Positions 54,926 to 64,000 of a stretch of DNA of 64,000 nucleotides are shown here, piece by piece; position 1 is the stretch's first letter; each line of letters opens with the position of its first letter. The notes below the pieces were generated by a model. It saw only the letters and a program-made list of their open reading frames with translations. It did not search any database and was not told the origin of the DNA. A program made the translations under genes and the position numbers. The stretch comes from a virus, in the IMG/VR virus record IMGVR_UViG_3300042319_001922, positions 1-64,000 of that record. The stretch is one strand, 5' to 3'.

Positions 54926-56299
54926 TTAGAGTTTTTCGCCAGCTTCAAATCCACGGAATCGCTTGTGACGGGGGAATCTCAGTGAGTATGTTCCGTCTTG
55001 GTTTTGCGTAACTGCATCAGCTTCGACTTCACCGATGACACCAAGTAACTGATCCCGTGCGGCCCAAAACTCATCGCGATCGCTATCGCTATAACCAGTA
55101 CCAACATTAACCCGAATATTTCGTTCATTGTCAACTCCTTCGTAAATTATAGCACCCAACCGGCCCTGATTGCGACCAGTACCTTCTTCAAAACCCACAA
55201 TGGTCAAGTCCACAGTGATAGTGGGTTTCCATTTCATCCATGAGTCGCTACGCTTGCAGATGTAAGGTGCATCCAGATTCTTGATCATGATGCCTTCGTA
55301 GCCCTGTTCCACCGATGCTTCGGCAAAACGGCGCATGACGTCATGCCCTTCTGCTGTGTCCAGGTCCACATCCATGCCCGGCATGATACGCAGGTTGTCA
55401 GTCTCTTCTAGAGCTGATTTGGCACTGTCAAGCCACTCCAGCCGTTTGTGCTGTTGCACATTCCAGTGACCTTCTTTAAGGGCATCCAAGGGCAACACAT
55501 CAAAAATGTGATACACCATGCCCGAAGTTTCAGCATCACTCTTGCGGTGTGCCTGTTTCATGAGCTTTTGAAAAGTCTCGCCCACAATCTCACCGTCCAG
55601 CACAAATTGGCCACCAGTACCGCGCCCGTATTGAAACGCCTTGCGGTTGACTTCAATGGCTTCGGCAATCTGCGGAAAGTTTTCAAACACCTTGCCATTG
55701 CGGCTGTACAGTGTGCAAACATCACCTTGTACCACAGCCACCACACGAACACCGTCCAGTTTGACTTCCAGGCGCTTGATGCCCTTCATCTTTTTGGGTT
55801 GATCAGCACTGTCCTGTGCCAACTGCACACTGAACACTGGAATCCGCCACTCTGTATTGCCCACAACTTTGTTGATGGTCTTTTCAGAGATACCGCAACG
55901 CAGGTCCTTGATGATCACTCTGCGGGCCAAGTTATTCCACTCGTCTGAGTCAAACTGTTCGGCTACTTCTTGAATACGATCACGAGCACGGTGTCCTGTG
56001 ATACCACGGGTACGTAGATTTTCCAACAGGGCCCAGAACACTGGCCAAGGATTGTCGCGGCCAGTGAGGCCCGACGTTTCTGGCACTTGCCTTACATTGA
56101 ATGTGTAGAAAGGATTGTAGGCCTGATAGCAGTTGAACAAGAAAATCTGTGCGTTGGCGCTCCCCAGCTGAGAGGCCATTAATGCTTTCTCGATCACTTT
56201 TTCTTTATGAAGTCTGCTGTCGCTACTTTCTAGGTCGCGAATCCAATCTGCCGCCACTTTGATCCCATTATATTCTGGTGATGTTAAATCACGTATCAT
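54926..56299 (-). CDS. lig: ATP-dependent DNA ligase
   Basis: KLDGVR, LDGE, FD, EGIMIK, KWKP, SLRFP motifs. Confidence 0.95.
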   Translation of the reverse strand: MIRDLTSPEYNGIKVAADWIRDLESSDSRLHKEKVIEKALMASQLGSANAQIFLFNCYQAYNPFYTFNVRQVPETSGLTGRDNPWPVFWALLENLRTRGITGHRARDRIQEVAEQFDSDEWNNLARRVIIKDLRCGISEKTINKVVGNTEWRIPVFSVQLAQDSADQPKKMKGIKRLEVKLDGVRVVAVVQGDVCTLYSRNGKVFENFPQIAEAIEVNRKAFQYGRGTGGQFVLDGEIVGETFQKLMKQAHRKSDAETSGMVYHIFDVLPLDALKEGHWNVQQHKRLEWLDSAKSALEETDNLRIMPGMDVDLDTAEGHDVMRRFAEASVEQGYEGIMIKNLDAPYICKRSDSWMKWKPTITVDLTIVGFEEGTGRNQGRLGAIIYEGVDNERNIRVNVGTGYSDSDRDEFWAARDQLLGVIGEVEADAVTQNQDGTYSLRFPRHKRFRGFEAGEKL

Positions 56300-56368
56300 T
56301 TCAAGCTCCTGTAATACTTACTCAATTTGCAACAACTATTATACAACATGTTGATTTTAAAATCAACC

Positions 56369-56659
56369 TTAATCACCACTGTCAATTTGATACTGGTCAT
56401 CGCAGTGACTGCATCGATAATTGGTCAAACAACGACCAGCATTAGAGCTTTGGTAAAGATGTGTGCAAGGTTCGCCTTGTTTGTTTAGACGAACGTCACC
56501 TCGCGGGTTTCCAAACATGTACTGGCCACCACAATTGTTGCAAGCAAGGGTATCGGTAGATTTATCATACCCTGAATAAACATGTTTGTATTTTTGTTGC
56601 TCTGGACTGAGAGGTACTCGGCAAGAGCCGTTGCAAACTGGACAAATTCCTCGAGACAT
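56369..56659 (-). CDS. Zinc-finger protein
   Basis: CPVCNG, CNNCGG, CxH, CSHC. Confidence 0.7.
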   Translation of the reverse strand: MSRGICPVCNGSCRVPLSPEQQKYKHVYSGYDKSTDTLACNNCGGQYMFGNPRGDVRLNKQGEPCTHLYQSSNAGRCLTNYRCSHCDDQYQIDSGD

Positions 56660-56669
56660 TTTTATCCTT

Positions 56670-56933
56670 TCAGCGGCTAAGATTCATAACACGAGCATCA
56701 AATTCCATAAAGCTGACTTCGAATGGCACAAAGACTTCTTTACCAACGCGGCCCTTGTCTTCGCTGTCACTCCAACTGTCCTTGGTGACTACAATCACAA
56801 AGCAGTCGTAACCTTTGTTGTCAATTTTTTCAACAACACCCTCAACAAAACAATCATCTCGGCCCAACATGGGTTTGAAATCGTATGCACGGATTGTGTC
56901 GCCAACTCGGGCAATATTTGCAAATTTCAGCAT
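56670..56933 (-). CDS. Early hypothetical protein
   Basis: GDTIRAYDFxPM...EG.V; AAGGAG RBS. Confidence 0.75.
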   Translation of the reverse strand: MLKFANIARVGDTIRAYDFKPMLGRDDCFVEGVVEKIDNKGYDCFVIVVTKDSWSDSEDKGRVGKEVFVPFEVSFMEFDARVMNLSR

Positions 56934-56937
56934 CTTC

Positions 56938-57022
56938 AGCTCCTTTGTTTCTTACTATACTTGTATTATAGCAAATGGAGCATTTCTGGTCAACCAGAAT
57001 TAGGTGTTGTATTTTTACAACA
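56938..57022 (-). promoter_or_regulatory. Early promoter/RBS module plus TGTTG-N8-CAACA box
   Basis: -10 at 56965-56970, -35 at 56988-56993, box at 57005-57022. Confidence 0.82.
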
Positions 57023-57075
57023 AAATTGTGTATTTTTATCCTAAAAAAGTAGTACTTTGTATTACTTTTTAAAAA

Positions 57076-59082
57076 TCAAGTGCCCGGAAGCTGTGTGTCC
57101 ATGTCAATGTTGGCGTCTTGTAGAGCCGCTAGATTGCGACCTTCTCGCAAGCTTGCAATTATACATTGACCACTCAGCGTAGACATGTTGGCCAGTGCAG
57201 TCAAAACCTCGTTGGCCTGGCCTGGTTCAACTTCAGTTCCGTATTGATGCAACCCGCTGGCAAAACTCAGTCCTGATGAATTTGAACTTTGTGAACTATA
57301 AATTGTACCAAAGTTTATCAAAGCTTTTTGTTGATTGCTAGCTTCACGTGCCAATTCAGTAGTTATATCAGTCCAGGTAGTATTAGTAGAGCTCACTGTA
57401 GCTGGATTGGCATTTGCTATGTTTGCAATTGCAGAGTTTGCTGCCGGTATTAGTCCTGCAGAAAATGCATCATCTAAACTGCTATAGGTTCCGGCTGCTG
57501 GCCCAGTTGGAATTGTGATTGTGGTTGCTGGATCTGGATCATTGTAATCGCCGGCTTGGGTGTTGGCCATGTACTGGTAGACGCTTGACAAGGCAGCTGT
57601 GTTTGTGTTTGTGATTGAATTAGCCGCAGATGTAAATCCCAGGGTAAAAATTGAACTTGTTAACACTCCCAGGACATCAGTTAACAGCAGTGTTCCGCGA
57701 GGTCCCGAGCCGCTGCCTAGCCCAGATGTATATGTTGTTTTTACTGAATCTGGAACTGGAGTGGTCAGTGCATTCACAGCCGGCAAATCTGTATTGGTTT
57801 CTACCAGAGCCATTGCTTTAGAAAATGTTGGCAAAGTAGAATTGGTGATTCCTTTAATTTGCTGTAGTCCACGAGTGAAGGCCTTGGCAGCTAGAGCCTG
57901 GTCAGGTGGTATCACAAACTTCATCACTTGGTAACTGTCTTGATTGTTGGGACCAGTGTAGGCTTGAACAATGCTGTTGTCAACTACTGGTATTAGATCT
58001 GAATTGACTGTGTTGTTGGCTAGATATACCGGCAGTAACACATCGTTATTGGGGCATACTAGTGTGCGATAACTACCGGGCAAAATGTAAACCAGATTCA
58101 ACAACTGTGCCATATTGGTTAACCCAGTTGTGGTCACTCCTAGCAATGCGAGCATCTGATCCAGTGCGCTTCCAACAATTTTTTCCATTGCTGAATATGC
58201 CAACTTCTCCTCGCTAGGGCTCAATGGATTTACACCGGATGCCAATAACAATATTTGAGATTCAGAAATACCAGCGCCAATCAATAAAACCGCAATTGAT
58301 GGTGGAATGCCACCGCATGTTTTACCCACCTGTGCCAACAGTGTGCCAGGCAAGCCAAAACTGTTGAGTGCTGTTAAATCTATCAATTTTCCTAGTTTGA
58401 TTAGGTCAGCTGACAGTGCCACTAGATCAGTGCTTACTTGATTGAGTGCCCCAGTGGTCAATGTTGTCATTCCGCCCTTGGCCACATCAAATGTTGTGAC
58501 CAATATATCACTATTGTTTACAGCATTTATGTTGTAATTGGATTGTGAAACATATCCCTGGGCACCACTAAACACCTGACAGAACACATCAAGGTCGCCA
58601 TTGCCCAACAAGGCATTTGCATCTGTTGTTACTATGCCTGGCAGAGAGTAAACATCAATGTTGATATCCCAGAAAGCTGAATTTGCAGTTGGTGTTTCAT
58701 CTTGCGATTCAGCAGTTGCCACAAACACATTGCCAGTATAGGACACTGTATTTCCAACTACATATTTTACAGTATTATCGTATCCAAGATACAATCCATT
58801 GACCACTAGACTCAGCAGTGGGGTAGAGGATGGTACCACACCAGTGACTGCCGGAAAATTATTGGCGCCCATGGTCAACAAAGATACAAATGTGGATTGT
58901 GTTAGAGAATTGCCAACATTGCCCCAGATGCCTTGCAATTGCGAAATAATCGGCACACTGGTGTATGCGCTGACAGCATTGGCAAGTGCTGTGGGAATGG
59001 CCAATGCAACTCCCACATCAGCCGGGGGGTTAGGCAAGAGGCCGGCCCCTGCAATAGTCATAACTGGAGATAATACAGACAC
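57076..59082 (-). CDS. Putative baseplate/tail structural protein
   Basis: 668 aa, directly after PAAR; Ser/Thr/Ala-rich; C-terminal LREGRN. Confidence 0.6.
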   Translation of the reverse strand: MSVLSPVMTIAGAGLLPNPPADVGVALAIPTALANAVSAYTSVPIISQLQGIWGNVGNSLTQSTFVSLLTMGANNFPAVTGVVPSSTPLLSLVVNGLYLGYDNTVKYVVGNTVSYTGNVFVATAESQDETPTANSAFWDINIDVYSLPGIVTTDANALLGNGDLDVFCQVFSGAQGYVSQSNYNINAVNNSDILVTTFDVAKGGMTTLTTGALNQVSTDLVALSADLIKLGKLIDLTALNSFGLPGTLLAQVGKTCGGIPPSIAVLLIGAGISESQILLLASGVNPLSPSEEKLAYSAMEKIVGSALDQMLALLGVTTTGLTNMAQLLNLVYILPGSYRTLVCPNNDVLLPVYLANNTVNSDLIPVVDNSIVQAYTGPNNQDSYQVMKFVIPPDQALAAKAFTRGLQQIKGITNSTLPTFSKAMALVETNTDLPAVNALTTPVPDSVKTTYTSGLGSGSGPRGTLLLTDVLGVLTSSIFTLGFTSAANSITNTNTAALSSVYQYMANTQAGDYNDPDPATTITIPTGPAAGTYSSLDDAFSAGLIPAANSAIANIANANPATVSSTNTTWTDITTELAREASNQQKALINFGTIYSSQSSNSSGLSFASGLHQYGTEVEPGQANEVLTALANMSTLSGQCIIASLREGRNLAALQDANIDMDTQLPGT

Positions 59083-59085
59083 TAG

Positions 59086-59376
59086 TTATCCACCAATAAA
59101 GGTATTAAAGCTACCAGATGCAATGGCTGTGCACATCAGCAACTTGTCTCCAAGTCTGGCAGCCGGCCTGCCTTCAATAAACACTGTTGCACTGCCGGAT
59201 ATGATAGATGCAGTGTGAGGACGACATCTTCTAGCAGGTTGAAGATGAGGTGTTACACTGTCACCAAGTCTGGCTGCTGGTCTGCCATTGATAAGGACAG
59301 TTGTTGCCCCTGTCATAATAGACATTGGGCTACAGTGCGGAATGCACGAATCGCCTAATCTTGCTGCTGGACGCAT
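59086..59376 (-). CDS. PAAR-repeat spike tip protein (gp5.4-like)
   Basis: Three PAARLGD repeats with His/Cys ligands. Confidence 0.93.
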   Translation of the reverse strand: MRPAARLGDSCIPHCSPMSIMTGATTVLINGRPAARLGDSVTPHLQPARRCRPHTASIISGSATVFIEGRPAARLGDKLLMCTAIASGSFNTFIGG

Positions 59377-59567
59377 GTGGCTCTCTCCAATAATTGTTCA
59401 AACTTACTATTCCACGAATCAATTTCTTCGTGTTGTTCATGAGTATGCGGTCCAGGGGGTATTTCGGGCAAAAATGCAACCAGGTGTTCAAACACCTGCG
59501 GTACATCGTCATACCTGGTGTAGGTACAGAGTTTGCCATTTAAAATAATGTCAAACCGGTGTGCCAT
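59355..59567 (-). CDS. Conserved small protein adjacent to PAAR
   Basis: FLPEIPPGPHTHEQH. Confidence 0.7.
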   Translation of the reverse strand: MAHRFDIILNGKLCTYTRYDDVPQVFEHLVAFLPEIPPGPHTHEQHEEIDSWNSKFEQLLERATCVQQQD

Positions 59568-59568
59568 T

Positions 59569-59865
59569 TTAACCAGTTAATATTTGTTTGCCCACGGCAA
59601 TTCCTGTTGTGGCTTGAATATAGCTATTGGCCACATCCTCACGAGTTTCGGCCACCATGGCCCAACTAGAATTATTTAGCCTTACAGTTTTGTCAATATT
59701 TGAGCTAAACAAGCTGGGCATCATTTGTAGACCCTGTGGACTAACAACACAGCAAATTGGCTGCTTGATCATCATGTAAGTGTCGTGAAGTTCTATAATT
59801 TTGGCAACAATTTCTTCGCCAGTGATAAGTTTGAAAGTGTAAATTTCATTGCATGCAGGTGTCAT
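59569..59865 (-). CDS. Sm-like fold hypothetical protein
   Basis: KLITGEEIVAK...YIQATTGI. Confidence 0.65.
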   Translation of the reverse strand: MTPACNEIYTFKLITGEEIVAKIIELHDTYMMIKQPICCVVSPQGLQMMPSLFSSNIDKTVRLNNSSWAMVAETREDVANSYIQATTGIAVGKQILTG

Positions 59866-60125
59866 GGTGTTCCTAAGTTAGAGTTTAAACGTGCTTGAAG
59901 TTCATCAACGCTAAGTTTACTTAACCCCTCAAAGCCACCCTCAACAAATAATTTGCCGTCTTTGTAAATTTGAGGCACAGTTCGATGTCCTGCACCCACA
60001 ATAAATTCACGAGCATCACTGTCCTCGTCAATTTTAATTTCTTCAAACGCAATGCCTTTTTGATCTAATAGATATTTTGCCTTGACGCAAAAAGGACAAT
60101 TATTTTTACTGTAAACTGTTAACAT
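59862..60125 (-). CDS. grx: Glutaredoxin
   Basis: CPFC, TVPQI, GG motifs. Confidence 0.93.
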   Translation of the reverse strand: MLTVYSKNNCPFCVKAKYLLDQKGIAFEEIKIDEDSDAREFIVGAGHRTVPQIYKDGKLFVEGGFEGLSKLSVDELQARLNSNLGTP

Positions 60126-61252
60126 TATAAACTAAATCCTGTAAATGTATTGCTATCCACATCTTGTTTGGTACCACCAATGATGTAGCTGGAAATTTCT
60201 GTTTCTTGTGGAGCCACTTGTACATCTGCTCCTGCGATCCATTTGGCTGTCCACGGTAATGGGTTTGAGCCGGTCTTGACTGTGGTTGGGAGACCAATTG
60301 CAGTCATGCGTTTGTGTGCAATCCAATCCACGTAGTCGCACAACAACTGTTTGTTGAGTCCAATCATGGACCCATCTTTAAACAAGTATTCAGCCCATTT
60401 TTTCTCCTGGGCCACAGCACCATTGAACATTGCTACCAACTCATCTCGAGTTTCTTCCTTGATTCGAGCAAAATCAGGATCATCAGATGGCAATAGTTTG
60501 ATCAGTGTCTGTGTACTAGCCAAGTGCACATTTTCATCACGTGCAATCAATTTGATAATCTTGGCGTTGCCTTCCATTTTTTTCAATTCAGCAAATGCCC
60601 ATGAGCAAGCAAACGACACATAAAATCTTATACCTTCAAGAGCGTTGACAGAATTTATTGCCAACCACAACTTTTTCTTGAGATCATACAAGTTGACGAC
60701 AATTTCCTTTCCGTTGACCTTGTGGGTTCCTTCGCCTAAGGTTTGATACCACAGACTGGATTCAATTAGTGAATCATAATATTTGGTGATATCAATGGCA
60801 CACTCTGAAATTTCTTCAATGTCCAACATCTCATCAAAGATTTTGCTTGGGTCACTGTACACATTGCGAATAATGTGTGTGTAACTACGACTATGAATTG
60901 TTTCGTTAAACGTCCATGTTGTGATCCATGTTTCTAACTCGGGTATGGATACCAGTGGTCCAAATGCTAAATTGGGACTGCGGCCTTGAACACTGTCTAG
61001 CAGTATCTGTCGTTTTAGATTGCTGGTAAAAATGTGTTGTTCAAAATCTGTCAAGTCCTTGAAGTCCTTGGCATCACGCAACACATCTACTTCTTCTGGT
61101 CGCCAAAAAAACCCCAACTGCTTGTCAGTCAGTTTGTCAAATTGTCGATATTTAAGTGTGTCAAATCGTTGCATACCAACTGACCCTTGTGGGTCAAGGA
61201 AAGCAAGACTGGTGGTATGATCGCGATTTTTCCGTAAATTTAATGTGCTCAT
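60125..61252 (-). CDS. nrdB: Ribonucleotide reductase class Ia beta subunit
   Basis: FFWRPEEVD, ETIHSRSY, EGIRFYVSF, DENVH, QVAPQETEISSY. Confidence 0.96.
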   Translation of the reverse strand: MSTLNLRKNRDHTTSLAFLDPQGSVGMQRFDTLKYRQFDKLTDKQLGFFWRPEEVDVLRDAKDFKDLTDFEQHIFTSNLKRQILLDSVQGRSPNLAFGPLVSIPELETWITTWTFNETIHSRSYTHIIRNVYSDPSKIFDEMLDIEEISECAIDITKYYDSLIESSLWYQTLGEGTHKVNGKEIVVNLYDLKKKLWLAINSVNALEGIRFYVSFACSWAFAELKKMEGNAKIIKLIARDENVHLASTQTLIKLLPSDDPDFARIKEETRDELVAMFNGAVAQEKKWAEYLFKDGSMIGLNKQLLCDYVDWIAHKRMTAIGLPTTVKTGSNPLPWTAKWIAGADVQVAPQETEISSYIIGGTKQDVDSNTFTGFSL

Positions 61253-61263
61253 TTTTATCTTTC

Positions 61264-63576
61264 TTAAATCTTGCAACTGTCACAGTCTGCATCATCTGCC
61301 AGAGTGTTATCAACTGATTCTGATAGAACAGCGCGACCAGTCATGCGATCAATGTCAATCTCGCCCTGTCCATCATATGTGTTAAAGTAATACAACTGTT
61401 TGCCACCGTATTTGTAAAAAGTAATCACGTGCTTTAGCATTTCACTCATTGGTATCTTTTCATCCTCGTAGAATTGAGGATTGTAGCTGGTGTTTACGCT
61501 GATGCCCTGGTCGATATATTTTTGCAAAATTGCCATGATGTTCAAGTAGCCTTCGGGGCTTTTTTGATCCCACAACAACTCGTACTTGTTTTTTAGTCTT
61601 CTATACTCTGGCACCACTTGTTTTAACACACCATCCTTGCTTTGTTTGATTGATACATAGCTACGGGGAGGCTCGATACCATTGGTACTGTTGCTAATTT
61701 GTGCGCTGGTCTCAGCTGGCATCAGAGCCATTAGTGTGCTGTTTCGAATCCCTGTTCGGCGCAATTGTTCGCGGAGACCTTCCCAATCCACACAATCAGT
61801 ATGCGGTAACAACTCATCAACTTCTTGCTTGTACGTGTCAACTGGCAACACGCCATCATGATATTTTGTTTCGTTGCTCTTGGGACATGCACCAAATTCT
61901 GCTGCCAGGTCAGCACTGGCCTTGATCAAATAATAACTCCAGTGCTGGGCCCAACGATCTACTTCAGCTAGAGATGCAGGATTGCTGTAACTTAGATCAT
62001 GCTTGGCCAACCAGTAAGCAAAGTTAATAATACCAACGCCAAGTGGCCTACGTGCTTCGGTGGCCATCTGTGCTGCCAGAATTGGATAATGTTGATAACT
62101 CAACAGTGCATCAAGACCGCGCACTGCTAGATTGCAGGCCTTTTGCATGTCCTCGGGATTACGAAACACACCCCAATTCAATGCACTAAGAGTACACAAT
62201 GCAATTTCACCATCGGTGTCATTGACATCATTTAACGGCTTGGTTGGCAGTGTGATTTCACAGCAGAGATTGCTCATTTTAACTGGTGCCAAATCAGACT
62301 TGAAGCTGCTGTGAGTGTTGGCATGATCAACGTTTTGTAAATATACTCGTCCGGTATCCTTGCGCTCTTGCATGAAAGTAGTAAACAGATCAATTGCCTT
62401 GAGTTTTTTCTTTCTTAGCTTGGTACTGCGTTCAGCTGACTCGTACAATTCACGGAATCGATCTTGATCGTTAAAAAATGCTTCGTACATTTCTGGCACA
62501 TCATGTGGGCTGAACAATGTGATATCTCCACCTGACAGCAAGCGTTCGTACATTAACTTGTTGAACTGCACACCGTAATCCATGTGGCGCACACGATTAT
62601 CTTCTGTACCTTTGTTGTTTTTTAACACCATCAAGTCTTCAACTTCAAGGTGCCATATGGGATAATACATGGTGGCAGCACCGTTACGAACCCCACCCTG
62701 ACTGCAACTACGAGTGGCGGCTTGGAACATCTTGTAAAAAGGAACCACGCCAGTGTGATAAGCATCGCCGTTGCGTATGGGACTTCCAAGTGCTCGGATG
62801 CGCCCGCCCCCGATGCCAATGCCGGCTTTTTGGCTCACATACTTGACAATGCTAGAAGTTGTGGCATTGATGCTGTCTAGGCTATCACCAGTTTCAATCA
62901 ACACACATGAACTGAATTGACGTTGCGGAGTTCGCACACCTGCCATGACTGGAGTTGGTAAACTGATTTGATGTGTGCTAATTGCATCGTAATAGTCTCT
63001 GACGTAGGCCAAGCGGGTGCTGGCTGGATACTTACTGAACAATGTGGCAGCAATCAACACATACGCCACTTGTGGGGTTTCGTATATGGTTTTGGTAACA
63101 CGATTTTGCACCAGGTACTTGCCACGGAATTGTTCCATGGCAGCATAGGTAAGATTTTCGTCACGTTCGTGGCGTACAAAACTATTGATGCGATCCCACT
63201 CGTCTGCTGAGTAAGTGGTCAATAGTTCAGCATCGTAGAACCCACGCTCAACATTGAGCTTGACCAGTTCATGCAAATGGCATGGAGTGAATGTGTTGTA
63301 CACTTGTTTGCGTATGTGATAGCAAATCAAGCGGCCAGCAACATACTGATAATTTGGAGTATCCTCGCTGATTAGATCAGCTGCACTTTTGATCAAGGTC
63401 TCTTGAATGTTTGCAGTTGGGATACCATTATAAAATTGCAGTTGGCTTTTGATTTCAACTTCAGATGCTGATACTCCTGTGATTCCTTGTGTGGCCCAAA
63501 ATACCACTTTATGTAATTTTTCAATGTTTAATGGCTCGCGATTGCCGTTGCGTTTTTGTACTTGTGTTTGTGTCAT
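61264..63576 (-). CDS. nrdA: Ribonucleotide reductase class Ia alpha subunit
   Basis: ATP cone, QFSSCVLI, SNLCCEI, KQLYY, C-terminal CxxC. Confidence 0.97.
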   Translation of the reverse strand: MTQTQVQKRNGNREPLNIEKLHKVVFWATQGITGVSASEVEIKSQLQFYNGIPTANIQETLIKSAADLISEDTPNYQYVAGRLICYHIRKQVYNTFTPCHLHELVKLNVERGFYDAELLTTYSADEWDRINSFVRHERDENLTYAAMEQFRGKYLVQNRVTKTIYETPQVAYVLIAATLFSKYPASTRLAYVRDYYDAISTHQISLPTPVMAGVRTPQRQFSSCVLIETGDSLDSINATTSSIVKYVSQKAGIGIGGGRIRALGSPIRNGDAYHTGVVPFYKMFQAATRSCSQGGVRNGAATMYYPIWHLEVEDLMVLKNNKGTEDNRVRHMDYGVQFNKLMYERLLSGGDITLFSPHDVPEMYEAFFNDQDRFRELYESAERSTKLRKKKLKAIDLFTTFMQERKDTGRVYLQNVDHANTHSSFKSDLAPVKMSNLCCEITLPTKPLNDVNDTDGEIALCTLSALNWGVFRNPEDMQKACNLAVRGLDALLSYQHYPILAAQMATEARRPLGVGIINFAYWLAKHDLSYSNPASLAEVDRWAQHWSYYLIKASADLAAEFGACPKSNETKYHDGVLPVDTYKQEVDELLPHTDCVDWEGLREQLRRTGIRNSTLMALMPAETSAQISNSTNGIEPPRSYVSIKQSKDGVLKQVVPEYRRLKNKYELLWDQKSPEGYLNIMAILQKYIDQGISVNTSYNPQFYEDEKIPMSEMLKHVITFYKYGGKQLYYFNTYDGQGEIDIDRMTGRAVLSESVDNTLADDADCDSCKI

Positions 63577-63580
63577 TTAT

Positions 63581-64000
63581 TCAGCCTAGATGTTGATGTA
63601 AAATTGAACTATCCAGCTGGCGTTGGATGGTGAGTTGTGTGGATTCGATATTTAACACTACCCTGGGTGCCCAATTCATTATATATTTCCCATGTTCAAT
63701 TAGGACTAAATTATCAGTTTTTGTTTGAACAAGTGATGCGTGTATGTCTGTTAGGTTGTTAATCATCAACATAGTATACAGCATTCCAAGCCCGCGAGCA
63801 AGCTCACAATAGGTGTTGTCGGCCAATAGATCCCAGGGGCCGGGCCAGTTTTTGACCTCGTCCCATTTTAAATGTCTAGCAACTATTGGTACGCGAAACC
63901 ACCAGTCATTGATCACTGCCACTTGAGTTGCAATGTCAGCGGTGGCAAGATTAGTACGCAGTTGGTGCCAATCTGCCAACTGTTCTTCAAACGTGTTTGG
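63581..64000 (-). CDS. Hypothetical phage protein (5' end beyond window)
   Basis: Frame stays open to the window edge (PNTFEEQLADW...); WPxPWDLL motif. Confidence 0.65.
   Translation of the reverse strand, partial: PNTFEEQLADWHQLRTNLATADIATQVAVINDWWFRVPIVARHLKWDEVKNWPGPWDLLADNTYCELARGLGMLYTMLMINNLTDIHASLVQTKTDNLVLIEHGKYIMNWAPRVVLNIESTQLTIQRQLDSSILHQHLG

Noticed and set aside
59086-59376. PAAR as a sign of a type VI secretion system
   Set aside because: The phage context fits a gp5.4-like tail spike tip; no other T6SS genes are present
60125-63576. Introns, inteins or homing endonucleases in nrdA/nrdB
   Set aside because: Both ORFs are continuous and of normal length
1-64000. Stop-codon reassignment, as seen in some jumbo phages
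   Set aside because: Conserved genes (nrdAB, ligase, clpX, pstS) are full length in the standard code, and TAA, TGA and TAG all terminate genes
1-64000. tRNA/rRNA genes, reverse transcriptase/DGR, integrase or transposase
   Set aside because: None recognised by eye; tRNAscan-SE and HMM searches are needed to exclude them formally

Overview
This is a 64-kb segment of a large lytic T4-like/jumbo myophage genome. It is densely coding, uses the standard genetic code, and is transcribed almost entirely on the minus strand. Its host-like genes (PstS, AhpC/AhpD, FdxA, a phasin-like protein) suggest a proteobacterial, probably aquatic Betaproteobacteria, host; this is inference. Core and structural genes are a tail-fibre/baseplate-type protein, PAAR, ATP-dependent DNA ligase, NrdAB and glutaredoxin. 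Host-manipulation genes include IF-1, NadE, an HD (p)ppGpp hydrolase-like protein, two ClpP, ClpX, ClpS, Hsp20, SOD, AhpC/D, UvdE and ErpA. Small early genes sit behind near-identical sigma70 promoter modules, several carrying an unexplained TGTTG-N8-CAACA palindrome. The most notable signals are: (1) a Pho-box-controlled PlcP-like phospholipase + GT2 + PstS operon, a candidate phage-driven lipid-remodelling/phosphate-mining system; (2) a dispersed sugar-modification pathway with two amidinotransferases; (3) accessory genes wired to host regulators (PhoB-, OxyR- and PhaR-like operators); (4) several candidate structured RNAs; (5) a ParB/DGQH + HNH-like gene pair. All calls come from motif reading by eye; no database searches were run.
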